The translations under genes and the position numbers were made by a program. DNA of 64,000 nucleotides, taken from the NCBI RefSeq assembly GCF_037042905.1, contig NC_087246.1, positions 2,916,001 through 2,980,000 of the forward strand, in the 5' to 3' direction. Of the stretch, positions 26,401 to 41,400 are shown piece after piece. The stretch is from Lytechinus pictus. Taxonomy: Eukaryota. The first letter of the stretch is position 1; each line of letters starts with the position of its first letter. The notes under the pieces are model-generated. The model searched no databases and was not told the origin of the DNA. It saw only the letters and a list, made by a program, of their open reading frames with translations.

Positions 26401-29400
26401 TATGTACATGTGTGATATCATAGCAAATACTGTGGTATGAATGCTTTGAAGAGAAGCATAAAATACCATACTGGGGGTTGTAACATGCACCTGTAATCCA
26501 GGTTACATGGGGGAAATTTACAAATTGGTCGCATCGCCCTTGGAGGATCTCCACAGCAATTAATGTGTTCAAGCAAAAACATTTCAAAGCCGTTCAAACA
26601 ACTGTTAGCACAACATCCATGCAATGGTAATCAATTTTCCATCAGGGTTTCCAGCCCATCAGGGAAATCAGGGAAAATTATTTTACTTTTTCCATCAGGG
26701 TTTCCAGCCCATCAGGGAAATCAGGGAAAATTATTTTACTTTTTCCAGTCAGGGAAAAATCAGGGAATTTGATTGAAAAATACCTCAAATCAGGGAAACA
26801 TGCCTCAAACGAGGGGAAAATCAGGGAATTTTGATCAGCCCAAAAGTCGAAAGCACAGTCGTCAGTCAGACTCTGTTATATTTTGTTGCATATCAAAATA
26901 ACATCCATTGAATGACTGGTTATGGTGGTACTAATTAGATTTGTATTGTGTTATACTGAAAATACATGTTATTCACTGCAACAACTTAGAAAACATGCAA
27001 AACTGGGAGTGGGTTTAAATAATTATCTGGGAATTTTTTAACTTCATCAGGGAAAATCAGGGAATTTTGTTTTCTTGAAAAGCTGGAACCCTGTCTATAC
27101 TTACTTGAAATTGTTCTGAATGAGTTGGAAACTACCAATAAAATGAAGAATATTATTATTCCCTTCTTTTTGACTCTGAAGATCATTTTCAGTTTATGTC
27201 ACTCAGTCAACCCACATGAAAGTTAATATGTAGAACTACAATATTGTAGATTTTGTAGTAGTCCCACATGTAGGCTTTCATTATCTGAAAACGATCTTTC
27301 TTAATAGTTTCCACCTAAATCAAAACAATTTGAAAAAAATATGGAAAAAAGATGGGCATTTCATAGAAGTAAAGATGTGATTTTGGAGGTTAAACCTAAG
27401 TGCTTGTGTATTAATAACATTTTCACATTTTTCAGAATTAATGAATGACTTCAGCCTAATTTCAACATTGCTCATAACTGTCTAATTTCTTGCAACTGTA
27501 GACAAAAGATTCCTACCTAACTACAGACTTACTGGTCAGATACAATAGGAAGTATGCTTTTGTAATGATGATTACTTTTCGCTGCCTCTGGTCGGATACT
27601 ATGAGCAGACACATCGCTAACTTTTACGGGGAAGCAAAAATAAACGTTGCAATATCTATTGAAAGTGTGATTTCAGAATACTCTACTTGCCGCAGCTGTG
27701 ACACGTAACATCACAGATAGATATATTCAGTCAAACTAATCTTAATTTTTTGTATTGTGGAAATTTGTAAAATGTTAATATAAAATTTTTCAAATTCTAA
27801 CAGTTATTCACATTTTGAAACTATTATCATACAATATTTCACCCAACTTTAGACCATGATAAGGCTTTGGGATATATTTTGTCTTGTTTAAAATCTGTAT
27901 CAAATAAAACTGCAAAAATATTCCAAATTATTTATTTTCAACACAAATCACTTTCCAGTTTTCCCATGAATCTGGCAGCATCACATGTCGCCACCAAAAG
28001 CTCCAGTGCACCTATGTATTTTTCTGTATTTCTTTAGAAATTTAAAGCTACATGAATTGATTTGGATACCGTTGTTACTCCATCTCTTAAAACTCCTTGT
28101 TATTATTAACTTTTAATACTACTCACTTTCATCTCTTGACAGCCTTTATGCTTTACACATTGAATGTGGCCATGGCATTTGCATTCTTGTCTGCCCTCTA
28201 TGGTGATTTCATGAAAGCTGTGGGAGCATCAGAGAGAATCTTTATGCTGATGGACAGGAAACCTGAAATACCAGAAGAGGGGGGTCAAGAGATCATGGAC
28301 TTCAATGGAGAGATCTCTCTAGAAGGAGTTAGCTTCACATATCCATCAAGACCAGAGTCCAAGATATTACAGGTTAGATTGGATTATAGCAGTCAAGGTT
28401 TGCTGCTCTTGGTTGTGGTGTTCAATGCATTGGTGATACAGTTGTGCAATGCCACAATGTAATCAAATTTAAATAAGTCTGACCCCATTTTTACTTCACT
28501 TCATGAATTACTCAGTTCAGTTCATTTATTTCAAATTCCATATAAAAATAACATTTAAAAAAAATTACATATTTCTATACACAACAGGAAAGCAAAGATT
28601 AAACAATAATTTGGTATACAATATATACGAATAATGTTAACATATTGTAGTTAAAACAGGAATTAGGGGAAAGCCACAAAAAGCCAGATGGCTTGTCGAG
28701 CAGGCTACCCTAGTAGGGGGAAATAAATTATTGTCAATATTAAAATGAAACCAAATATAAAACTATATTGAAATTAAATTAACAGAAGAATAGGACAGAT
28801 ACCACACAACCCTATACAAAGCAGCATATCTAAAATATTTAAGATGTCAGCAAGTATTTCTTAAGTTTCCTTTTGAATATGTTAAGTTTTTTACAAGACC
28901 GAATTTCTATTGAAAGACTATTCCAAACTTTTGGGGCACGATGTCAAAAAGATTGAAGTGTAAAATTTTTTGCAACTGGGTATAAGTGATAATTTTCCCA
29001 AGTTCTTGTGTTATAACTATGTATATTACAATTTTGATTTATCATACAGGAAATTGTGTTATGAAGAATTTTATTTTCATGTTTAAATATAAGTATTGCA
29101 CATTGGTAATCATTTAGATGAAATATATTAAGTACATTCAGTTGAACAAAAAGATCTTTTGTATGTGCCAAATAATGAGAACGAGTGCATATTCTGACTA
29201 CTTTCTTTTGGAGAAGATACAATGGTTGTAGTTTTGAATGATAAGTATTAGCCCATACAATATTGCAATAACTTAGGTAAGATAGGATTAATGTATTATA
29301 CAAAGTCAGAAGGACTCGTTGAGGGAGAATATGAGGGAGTTTGCTGATAACACCAACATTTTTTGCTACCTTATTTGTAATAGTAGAAATATGAATACTC

Positions 29401-32400
29401 CATGATAATTTTTCATCTATTAAAACACCTAAAAATGTTGTATGATGGACACGTTCAATAATTTTATCATTAATTTTTATTTGAAAATTATCCAAAGATT
29501 GCTGTGTTTACTTTTTGAGTTGATATGAAAATGTACATAATTAGATTTTTCTGTATTCAATAAAAGTTTATTTGAAGAGAACCAGAGTGAGACTTTCTTC
29601 AGTTCAGTATTAAGTAAAGTATTTAATGAAGAAAACGAATCACTGGAGATTAAAATGTTGGTGTCATCAGCAAACAAAATAAATTTGAGTTTGTCTGTGC
29701 AATATGGTAAATCATTGATAAAAATTAAAAATAACAGTGGGCCCAGAATGGAACCTTGAGGAACGCCACATGAAATTGAACGAGAGTCAGACAGGGTTTC
29801 ATTGTACAATACATATTGGGATCTATCATACAAATAATGTTTGAACCAAAGTAAAGAGGTACATGTACCTCTAACACCATAACATTGCAATTTATACAAT
29901 AATATTTGAAAATCTATACAGTCGAAAGCTTTACTAAGATCAAGGAATATACCAATAGTAATTAATTTTTTATCTAAAGCATCAACAATGTAGTCATGTA
30001 ATTTTATAACGGCAAAGTCAGTGGAGGAATTCTTCAAAAATCCATATTGAGACTGGTTCAAAATATTATTTTTACATAGGAAATCATACAGTCTGGAGTA
30101 AATTATTTTTTCAAGAATTTTAGCGAAAATCGGCAAAACAGATATTGGACGATAATTGGAAACATTATATACATCATCTTTTTTATATATGGGCGTAACT
30201 CGAGCAATCTTTAGATTAGAAGGAACAATGCCTGAAGATAAAGATTAATTCAAAATGTTACACAATGGTCCAATATCAAGTATATAATTTTCTTTATGAC
30301 AATAGGACTAACACCATCGATTCCACAAGAGGAAGTTGAATTTAAATTCTTCACAACATCAAATATTTCGCTATCTGTAACAGGGTGAAGAAATAATGAT
30401 TTATCACATGGTTCCGGAAGAAACTTTGTAAAAATATTTGAACCACCAAAGTTTGTAGAATTATTTGAAAGTAAACCAATTTTCACAAAGAAATCATTAA
30501 AACAGTTGGCAATATTATCATCACCATGGATTGTATCATTATCATTTATAATTATAATCTGGTAACTTCTTTTTCTTTTGACCGAGTATCTCTCTAATAG
30601 CATTCCATGTTTTTTAATATTTCCATTGCATTCATTAAATTTGTTTACATAAAATTTCCTCCTAGCTTCTTTTAGTAATTTATTTAATTTGTTCCTGAAT
30701 CTAACATGTTTCTTTTTATTATTTACAGATCTATTTTTACAATATGCTTTATAAAGTCTATGTTTTTTTCTAATCATTTAGGTAGTGATGAATCAATCCA
30801 TAATTTTTAGTTCTATTTTTAGGTCTTGACTTTACCTTTTTTAAATTTGCATTATTTGATTTAAAAAAATTATTTAAGAAAATATATGCTTTGTTGGCAT
30901 TGTCATAATCAAATAATACATTCCAATCAATAGATAACAACTTTTCTTGAAATTCATTTATAGTATTTTTATTAATGAGTCGTTTCACACAAACATTATC
31001 TTTAGTATTGAGGCTATATTCTTTGGTGATCTGAAAAAATGGTAAATGGTCTGAAATGTCATTATAAAATAAGCCAGATGATATATTGCAATTTAGGTTA
31101 TTGGTAAATATATTGTCTATAAGAGTATATGAGGTGTTTGAAAATCTAGAAGGTTTGTCAATTAAAGGAAGAAAATTATTGGCATATAAGACATTAAGAA
31201 AATGGTTTGAACCCACACTGGTTGATTTAATAAGATCAATATTAAAGTCTCCCATGATATAACAAGGTTTATTTTCACTATCAATTTCTTCTAAACAATT
31301 CTGAAATATGTCGTTAAAATGAGTAATGCTAGATTGTGGCTTTCTATAAATAATACCGACCAATATATTTTTTCTCTTTTTCAAATTAACTTCAATAAAT
31401 AGGGATTCATAATCATCTTCATTGGCAAGTATATCGTTTCTGATTGTAATATCTAACTTAACATCAAACAACAAGGCCACACCACCACCTCTTCCATGTT
31501 TACGGTCTTTATTGATAAAATCATAACCTGTGATATTAAACAAAATGGGAGTGCTATCATTGATCCACGTCTCAGAGAAACCATAAATAGTGAAACTCAA
31601 AGGTAATGTACTTATAAAGTCAGAAATAGCCTGAAAGTTTTTAGAGAGACTGCGTGAGTGAAAGTTTAACATACTAAAATGGTTATCCGAGCACTTATCC
31701 CTATAAAAGTCTTCAAATTCACTTTCAAGGTAGTATTTACAATTAAAATCAAGGTCATATTGCACATCAAACTCATCAAAATCATTGGTAAAGCTACTGT
31801 TTAAGTTATTCAAATCATTGATATGTTGATGGTTTAATAAAGCTTTAGTATCATTGAAAAAAAGTTTAAATTCATTATTGTCAATACTACTAAAAGGAAA
31901 TACAGAATGTACACATCTTGAAAACGTACAATTGCATAATTCTACATCAATGAAAGTTGAGTCTTTACAAAAAGGACAATCTATGAGTGCTGCACAGTTA
32001 CAATCAACACAGAACATCAAGGAGATTAAAAAATGTACAAACGGTTAAAAACGGCTAATAGTTTGTGAGTTAGTGGATAATTTGATAATGATAATTTGAG
32101 AGCATTACACCATTTTCATATGAAACAGAAAGCAGAGACAAATTCATTTTAGGAAGTTCCTGCATATAGGGGGTTGGATGTTTTGTGGGGTAGATGACAA
32201 TATTAATTACCAGTATTGATGTTGGTGATGATATTGGTGGAATTGATTGTTGTTTGGTGTTACTGTTAATCATGAGGATAATGCCAGAGAAGTATGTGTT
32301 GATGATATAGAAATGCATGATAGTGAGGAAATCAACAGAAATGGAGATGAACAAATATTGATGCTTCCCATAAGAGTTTAATATTCAGATTCATGGCCAG

Positions 32401-35400
32401 AATATAATGAGATTTTGTTGTTTTTATCATGCACACAGGATGTTAGTTTTGATGTACAGCCTGGTCAGATGGTTGCTCTTGTTGGTCCATCAGGTGGAGG
32501 CAAGTCTACCATTGTCAATCTATTGGAACGCTTCTACAATCCAGATTCAGGACAAGTTAAATTCAGTAAGCACAATTTGTCACTTCTATTTCTTTTATGT
32601 TGGGAACCACACTGCTACTTTACACTTTGCAAAATGTTCCTGTCCAAACACCCATAATACTCATTGTCTGAAAGGGACTGCATGTATCTTGTATGAAATC
32701 TTTGCTGTACTTGTATGAAACAGATCTCTGTACATAAATGAACATTAGCCAATCTTTTAGTAGTCACTACGAGGTTATCCCCTATCCCTTTTCTGGCTCT
32801 AGAGCATATTATCAACATTTGTCTTCAGACAACTTTTGTTCAACTAAGAAGCACGGATGTCTGACTGTTCTTATTCTTTCTTTTTTTAGAAATAAATATT
32901 TCATTTGAGAAAACATCTGACAAGCCCTCTCATGAAATTCTTGCCAGAAATAACCTTTGTGACCTGATTACATTCTAGTTTGTCTTTACCCTTTTATTTC
33001 CTGATCAATATTGACTGCTCATGAGGATGACCATGTAAATTATCATTCCTGAGGTGCTGTTCATACTGTCCCTTCTATCACCTCAAGGTTGTGGTCTAAG
33101 CGTGATAAAAGGACCAGTATGAAAAGCAGAGAGTGAGTGATGGTTTCCACGATCATCCGACTACAGAGCAGTCCATATTTGATTTATATGACATCATCGT
33201 AACTCATAAAGTTGTATCTTACACTAAATCTGATCTCATGGGCCACTAATATCTATTTGAGGACCATTAGTGTAAATCAAGTCTAAGTTGATTCACTAGA
33301 TCACTTTGTAATTTAAATGTGCTGTGCTGCTGTTTATCACCTCATGAGCAGTCAATATTGATCAGGCATCTACCGGCCAGTTAACATACTTGCCAACTTT
33401 AGAAAAAAAAAGAGGAATCCATTTATCAGAGTAACGAGCGAGTGACATTTTGCGGGGGAAGGGTGTGGGGGTACCCCCCTGCCACGTTTGAAATTTTTGG
33501 AATTTAAGAACGTAAAATAGGGGTTTTCCTTCACTTTTAAAGTGCCTTTTACCTTTCCACAAAGAAGAAAAAAATCTTAATTTTGTCCCAGTGTAATGAA
33601 GCATGAAACAGGAAAATCAACAGGATTCATTTCATGAAATTGTACCAAATTTTAAACTTCAAAAACATATATTTCCATTACAATATTGTACTGTACTGTG
33701 GATATATCCTGAATGAAAATTTGGATGAGATTGATAGAGGGCTGATTTAATGAAAGACTTACATCTATTCTTTGTCTGAGCCCTTCAAACCCGCTGCAGT
33801 AGCACTCTTTGCTTTTGCCAAAAGTTCCTGTGAATATTTCACAGAGTAGCAAGGAGTTCCATGAGACATGAGGTCCATCTGTCTTGTCATAAGGTTACCC
33901 AGCATTTTTGTACTAAGGAGAGACCTGAATTCTGTTTTGTTCTTGTTGACCAAACTAAAAATTCTTTCACAGTCTGCATTGCTGTGGTACATGACGAGAA
34001 TATGTCTTGCGATTTTGGTCATTGAGGGAAACTTGGGCAAGCCTGTTGCAACTGAGGTAATTTTTGATATGGAATGCCAGGCCTGGTCAACTCTCTCAGC
34101 ATGTGTGATATCATTGGAGAACTCCTCCACTTGAAAGCGGCAAAATACTTCTTCAAGGCTTTGCTTTTCATTTGCAGACAGAGACTGGGGAAAACGCTCT
34201 GCAAAGAACAACCACTGTTGTAGTGTTGTTGTGGACTACTTTGTTGCATCAAGAATCTCTGCATTAATCAAGATCTTCTCTTCAAATGGATATGCTCTCT
34301 TCATGTAGTCACATGCTGCCACATAGTAATTGCGAACACTTTGATAGAATTCTTTCACATCACAGACCGAGTCATTTTCTGAAAGGAAAGTGCGGGCTTT
34401 GTGTCCAATGTACAACTCTTCATCAGTCTTCTGATTTTCTGCTCTTTTGAAGTCTACCTTATAGGTCTTTGATTGCTCCATTACAGCAGCAGGTTTAACA
34501 AATCTTATATCAGTAATTCACGGAGTTGATTGCACATAACACGGTGGAGATGATGAATGCATGGCTCATCTTTTTGTAAAAAGATGTTGGCCTCCTCAAA
34601 AATTGGAATAGTTTCAGATAGAAACAAGCAGTACAGTTTTACATTTGGATTTGTCATCATATTAACAACAGATTTCACTTTTGTTGAGGCAGAAGCTGAG
34701 AGGGGTGTTTTGGCAGCAGAGGCTTTGACACTACCCGCTTTCAATGATGAAGCTGCCTTTGTTCTTACAGCTTGAGCTTTTTGTGATGGTTTAGAAATGT
34801 TTGTTGAATCCTGCTGCTTAGCTAATTTGTGAGTTGAGGCCTTGGCAGTCACCGGTAGTACAGTGCTCTTTGATGTTTCAGCAGTGCTTTTTGATGTCTG
34901 CTGCTTAGATGTTTTCTGTGTAAACTTGAAGTCCAAGGAATTTGAGTGGAAGCTGAGAGGGGTGTTTTGGCAGCAGAGGCTTTGACACTACCCGCTTTCA
35001 ATGATGAAGCTGCCTTTGTTCTTTATATAGCTTGAGCTTTTTGTGATGTTTTAGATGTTTGCATTGAATCCTGCTGCTTAACCAATTTGTGAGTTGAGGA
35101 TTTGACTATCATCGGTAGTACAGTGCTCTTTGATGTTTCAGCAACGCTTGTTGATGTCTGCTGCTTAGCTGTTTTCAGTGTGGACTTGGATGTCAGAGGG
35201 CTTTGAGCTGATTTCTGAGTTGAAGTCTTGACTGTCGCTGGTAGTGCAGTTTTCTTTGTTGTTCCAGCAACGTTTAGTAATGTTTGCTGCTTAGACGTTT
35301 CCATTGTTGGCTTGGATGTCAGAGGCACTTGAGCTTTCTTTGATGTTCCAGGATCAACTGTTTTCTGCTTTTTAGCTGGAGGAGTGATATAGTCTGTTCT

Positions 35401-38400
35401 GCTACGTTTGCCTGTGACTTTCTTCTCCTCTTCCTTGAAGAATGCCAGCAAAGCATTCCACTGTTCCAGTAAACGTTTAATACAATGCCCCAGAGAAAGC
35501 CATCTGGTGGATACATGCTTGAGGACTTTATGCAGCGGTACACCAACTTTCTTTTGGCACTCTTTGAATTCTTGTTTCCTCTTACTACTTTTTTCCAAGT
35601 AGTAATATATATCTACAAGAAGATAATCTACCCTCACTGGCAGTTGGTTGGCTGCTTTACCCCCTGCAATATGCATCAGGTGGCAGGGGCAACCTGTAAT
35701 AAAAGTGAGATGGAATTAGGGTAATTTAGCATATCACCCATATTATAATTAGTTAAGGATCAACTTCAACAAACAGATCAATGAAAAAGGAAAGTTATGG
35801 TTGTGATAGATGTAATGTCTAAATGTTTTCAAACTTAGAGCTCTGAAAGAGTATTAAATTTGCTTTAAAATGAGATATCAACCATTTAAACTTTGATAGG
35901 CATTGCAAAGATATGAGCAAACATATCACACAATTTTTGGTCAAATGAAATTTTGCCACCCTTGTAGTAGTCACTAGTGTATCCAACTTATGACATGCGA
36001 CCAAATGCTTTTGTTTTTGTATGAAATATGCTTTAAGTTATGAGGCCAAAGAAGAAATAAATTTAGAGCTACTAACAAGTGAAATATTAATATTATAATT
36101 ATTTTTAATGTGTCCTTTTCACACACAAGTGAGACAGGAAATAAAATATTCCTTTGCAGATTTTCTCTATTATTTTCAACTGTTGATTCAAGTAAAAGAA
36201 ATAAAGAAAATAAGCCATGCTTACCAACAACGTAGAGAGAAGGAGATCGCTTGACCAGATATGCAGCAACCCCTTTTACTTTTCCCAGCATCACTGACGC
36301 ATTGTCTGCTGAAAAGCAGACCAAGTTTTCCCACGGAACTCTATGTTCGTTTAGTTCGCATTCCAAGATTTTGTAAATGTTCTCTCCTGTTGATGGTTTA
36401 CTGCACTCTCTCAAAATTAAGATGACTGATTTGACTAAGCCATCCGTCGGATCACAGTACCTCACACAAATGGGATACAATTTTGAATCTTCATAGTCCG
36501 TACTGCCATCTGTAGCCATTGAAAAAGGCTACTCTAATACTCATACTCTAATGATATCCAAAGTATTGGACATTGCATGTTTCCCCAATGTTTCTACTAT
36601 TGTACGAAGTTTTTGTTCGTCCTGATGAATACTTCTTGGCGATGTCCGAGTCAGGGAACATCTTTGGGAATAATTTTGATGCGTGGTCCGCCACACTGAT
36701 AGGTAGGGAATGTTCAATAATGAAGTCTGTAAATAAAGTCTCCGCTCGAATAACATTAACACTTGAAGATGACGTTGAAGCAAAGAAAGTGGAGATACTT
36801 TTCGTACTGCTCGCTGCTTTACTGATAGAGCTGTGTTTTTTTGTTCTTAAATGTTTTTCAATGTCATTTAATCCACCATGAGACACAGAGAAGTCGGTAC
36901 GGCAAAGTTGACAGGCAAAATACTCTCCATTACCCGACCGTGAAATAACTGGATATTTCTCAGAATACTCCTTCTTGTATTTCTGATTAATTTTGGGTTT
37001 GCTCATTTTGACTTTATTTCACGAAAACAGACTAAGTCTAAATGCACATGTATGAACTTAGAATCTATGCAATTGCAAATGCACCGGTACGCTACTCACT
37101 CACTCACTGTCACTGTGTTGTACTGCCCACTGCATTGTCTGTATAACGATCGGAATCACAGTCACATTCACAATCCAAACGATGCATTGGCGACGGTATC
37201 CACTTTCCACACACTAAAATTGTAATTTTGGCTTTAAAATTCCACGGAAAAACTATATCCTTTGTCCATTAGTATTAGTCCGACGATCGTTGAGCTGTAT
37301 TCTTACGTTTGCACACGTATTATGCACTTGTATAATGCATTCAGCGCGGTATACTCGCGACGTCGCAGTGTGCATTGTATTTGCACGTGTTGTCGCTCTA
37401 GCTGTGTTTGCACGCGCTTCTGCAATGTGCGCGCCATGTGAGATAGGCAAAGTGAAAAAATACGTACAAGAGTGTGTTCAGTTGGTGGAAAAATGCTATT
37501 TGGGATATCACAATATCCAGATGTCCGCAAGCTTCAGTTTGTTCTAACCTTCGCTCCAGCCGTTTTTTCAATATTATCAATGTAAAAATTAATGAAAATC
37601 AGAATTATGGGGTTGATATTCGTAATGCGGAATTGGCAATAAAAAATCGGGATGATTCCGCCAAAATCGGGATGGTTGGCAAGTATGAGTTAAGCAATTG
37701 GCTGCATGTACAGTTGCAGCAGTCAGCTAGCTGTGCATAGTTAAACAGCTACTCATGGCCCCTTCTTCAAGGGTTTACGTGCTCTATCACAGGGAAATAG
37801 AAATTGATAGCAATTCAAACCTGTGAGACAATGATAGACAGAACTGCACTATGTCACATGATGTAGTTTTGACCAATCATTGATAAGAATCTTTGTATGA
37901 GATATATAATTGTATCTGAACTTTGTTATTGCAGGTGGTGTTGATCTTGCAAGTCTTGATCCCAGGTGGTTTAGACAAAGGATCTCATTAGTGAGTCAGG
38001 AACCAGTCCTCTTTGCTTGTTCCATCAGAGATAATATAGCATATGGAAGGAATGCAACAGATGATGAGGTAAGATCAGTAAACAGTACAATTAACACCCA
38101 AGGAGGGAGAGAGATGTTTCAAAAGTTTGTCATGAAGTCATTATGACTCTATAATTATTCAAGTATTTCTAGAAAAAGTAAATGCATCAGTTCAAATACA
38201 GGTGTGAGTTCTTGGTATTCTTTCTGCTGATTCATATTTTTAATGTAAAAACACTTTACACTTGTAAAGAAATCAAATTTAATTTGGATAGAATCTGTAC
38301 CAAAGCCATAATGAAGTCTCTGTACTTTGTGTATATCGTGCAAAATAAGTATGGTTAAACAATGGAAAAAAAATGAGTAAATTGCTCAGTAATTTGCAGA

Positions 38401-41400
38401 GCAGTTTCTGTCAATACACTGGTCTTATTCTGAGCTACAATATTTTTGTAACAGGAATTTTCTTGTCCGGTTTGAATTCAAGTCTCAAATATTTTCTTTG
38501 ATAGATCTATGAAGCAGCTAAGATGGCGAATGCCCATGACTTTGTGACAGGGTTTGAGAAAGGTTATGATACCTTGGTTGGTGAGAGAGGGATAATGTTA
38601 TCAGGAGGTCAGAAGCAAAGATTAGCTATTGCTAGAGCTCTTATCATGGATCCTACAATACTATTGCTTGATGAGGTGAGAATAATATACTCTTGTTTTA
38701 TCTGGATTTCTCTCAATGCTAAATGAATATGAATTAATGATGAAATTCAATACTATTTAAAATATAATGATTATATGTAAAAACAAATTTGATATATCTC
38801 CATTTAAAAAATCCAAAGAAACAATGGCATTCATATTATTATTTTCCCCTTATAATTTGCTCACTATGTTTTCTGTATGAATCGTGATTCATTACCGTGT
38901 TTTTGTATTTTTATTCATTTACTATGTACTCTGTATGGATTGTAATTCATTACCGACGTGTGTGTTCATATTGTTTAAGTGACTGATTTGTATGTTTTGT
39001 CTGTCATAAATTTTGGAAAATGAATTTCATTTTGAAGGAAAATTAATATTTATGCAATACCATGTGAGTAAAAAAAAAACTTGACACCTCAAAAAAATAT
39101 GTCCTGAACGAATAATCATTATAATATGTGGCTGGATAGAGTATCTTCTCCCAAATAATTTGATACCATATTTATGTGGTACATGTATGTCTTCATGCTT
39201 GGATAATCAGGAGGTATTCTTAACTGTCATGTAAATTTTGATTTGCACCAAAGTAAGGCATGAATGCAATAAATCAACACCAGATGCCAATGATGTCATA
39301 ACCCTACAATAGTTAGAAAATATATTTTCAAATCCCTTTTCAATGAAATTAGCTTGAGAATTGATACTAAAAAGTGTTTATCAAACAATTATAGTGTAAA
39401 TTATTGAAAAAGTTTTGTGAAATGGATTTTGATGTAACCCTTGTAGGATGAAGACTCATTGACATCTGGATTCATTCATTGCAGTCATGCCTTACTATGG
39501 CACAAATCAAAATTTACATCACTGCAAAGAATACCTCCTGATTATCCAAGCATTAACACATGAATATGGTATTTGGGAGAACATACTCGTTCATGCCATA
39601 TATAATAATTATGTGTTCAAGACATATTTTTCCTTTAATTCAGGATTTGTGAGGTGTCAATTTTTGTTTTACTCACACAGTACACTTCATTATACTCTAT
39701 GTATTGAATAGCAGAACAAAGCATGAGTAAGTATGCTTATGTTTATGATATTTTTCCCTCTTAAAGATTAACTCCACCCAAACAAAAGTTGATTTGACTG
39801 TTTATAGAAAAATCAACAGATCATGAAACTAAGTATCAACAAAATTGGATGTAAAATAAGAAAATAATTGACATTTTAAATTAATTGATTTCAATATATG
39901 CACAACACAGGTGAGATGCAAATGAAGGATTAGATGATACAGACTTGTTATTTATTTTGTATTTTTTATCTGAAATCAAATAATATTTTAATTATTGTAG
40001 ATTTGTGGAAAAAGGAAGCTCAATTGAATCATATGTTGCAACAATGGTAATTCCACACATTCAGACAGGAATTCAAACTTAATTCACATTATAGCAAGGA
40101 AAAACAAAAATTCATATTTTATACAATAGAGTACAAAAGATTTAGTGAGTGTGTGATGCCATCGGTTCCCTCATTTGAATACTGACCAGGCTATGTATTT
40201 AACTGTTTTTACTTATAAAACAAGATAATTTTCTTGTTTTACATCCAAATTTGGTGAAATTTTCAGATTTGTTTGTCTGATTTTTCTCTATTTATTCAAA
40301 CCAACTTTTTATTGGGTAGACTTGATTATTAGAGTCCTGTGACATGCAGAAATAAAACCAATATTAACATTTGATTGTAATTCTTTGTTCATCGTTTCAC
40401 ATAGGTGTACTCGTATATTAAATTTGTAGGAATTGAATGTATTTGCTTTTGTACTCAGGTAGGGTTTGATTGTTACCAGGCAATTAATGAAACTCCCACA
40501 AACTGATATGAAAAATTGTATAGATGCATGTGAAATATCGTGCATGACATGAACAGAGAGACTATTATTCTGATCCATCTTATTAATTTGTGTTGTCTAG
40601 GCAACAAGTGCTTTAGATGCAGAGAGTGAGCATCTTGTACAGGAAGCTATTGACAGGGCCATGGTTGGTAGAACTGTGTTGGTTATTGCTCATAGATTAT
40701 CAACAGTCAAACATGCATCTCAGGTGAGTAGACAGCGTAACTTAAATCAAGCTTGACACTTCATGAGAAGTGCATTATAATTTGTTGATACCAGACGTAA
40801 GAAGCAATATAAATCTCTGTAATATTGTTACATCTTTGGTGCTCAGGCAATTAGTCTGCATTTTCATATTGAATCACAGATAATCCTTTACCATATATGG
40901 TAATAGTTGGAATGAGGGTAGTGAGATGATGATTTGTACATGATGTCAATTGTCTGTAAATCAATATTCCATTCAGGATGATGGCAGTTACCTTATTTGG
41001 GTAAGCACCCTGAACGTTTAAAAATTCAAATGAAAATGTTTGGTACACAGCCTTCTTTATGATGAAAGATTTTATAAAAGTAGATATATAAAACTGTGTT
41101 AGATCCAGGAATATTGTTCAAAGCAGCTACACCCCCCCCTCCCCTTTCCTTTTGACTGAACCTTTTCATCAAATTTTTAAAACCTGTTGTAAGTCTTCTA
41201 GACTTTGGTGTCCTGATACTCCCCCCCCCCCCCCTCCCCCATGTACCTTTTTAAAAAAAGCCAGTATATAGGATGGATTTTGATGAGAGGTGATAAAGGG
41301 CATTCCAATTATTTCATTGTAAAGTCGAGTGTGATATGATCTGTTACATGCAAGGCAGCCATGTATTTACACCATTTGAAACTCACAGCAAGCCTCTAAT

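Larger units (their letters stand above)
33385..37687 (-). mobile_element. hAT-superfamily DNA transposon, decayed, with 6-bp TSD
   Basis: TIR CATACTTGCCAAC / GTTGGCAAGTATG; AGTTAA on both flanks; contains transposase remnants. Confidence 0.92.
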
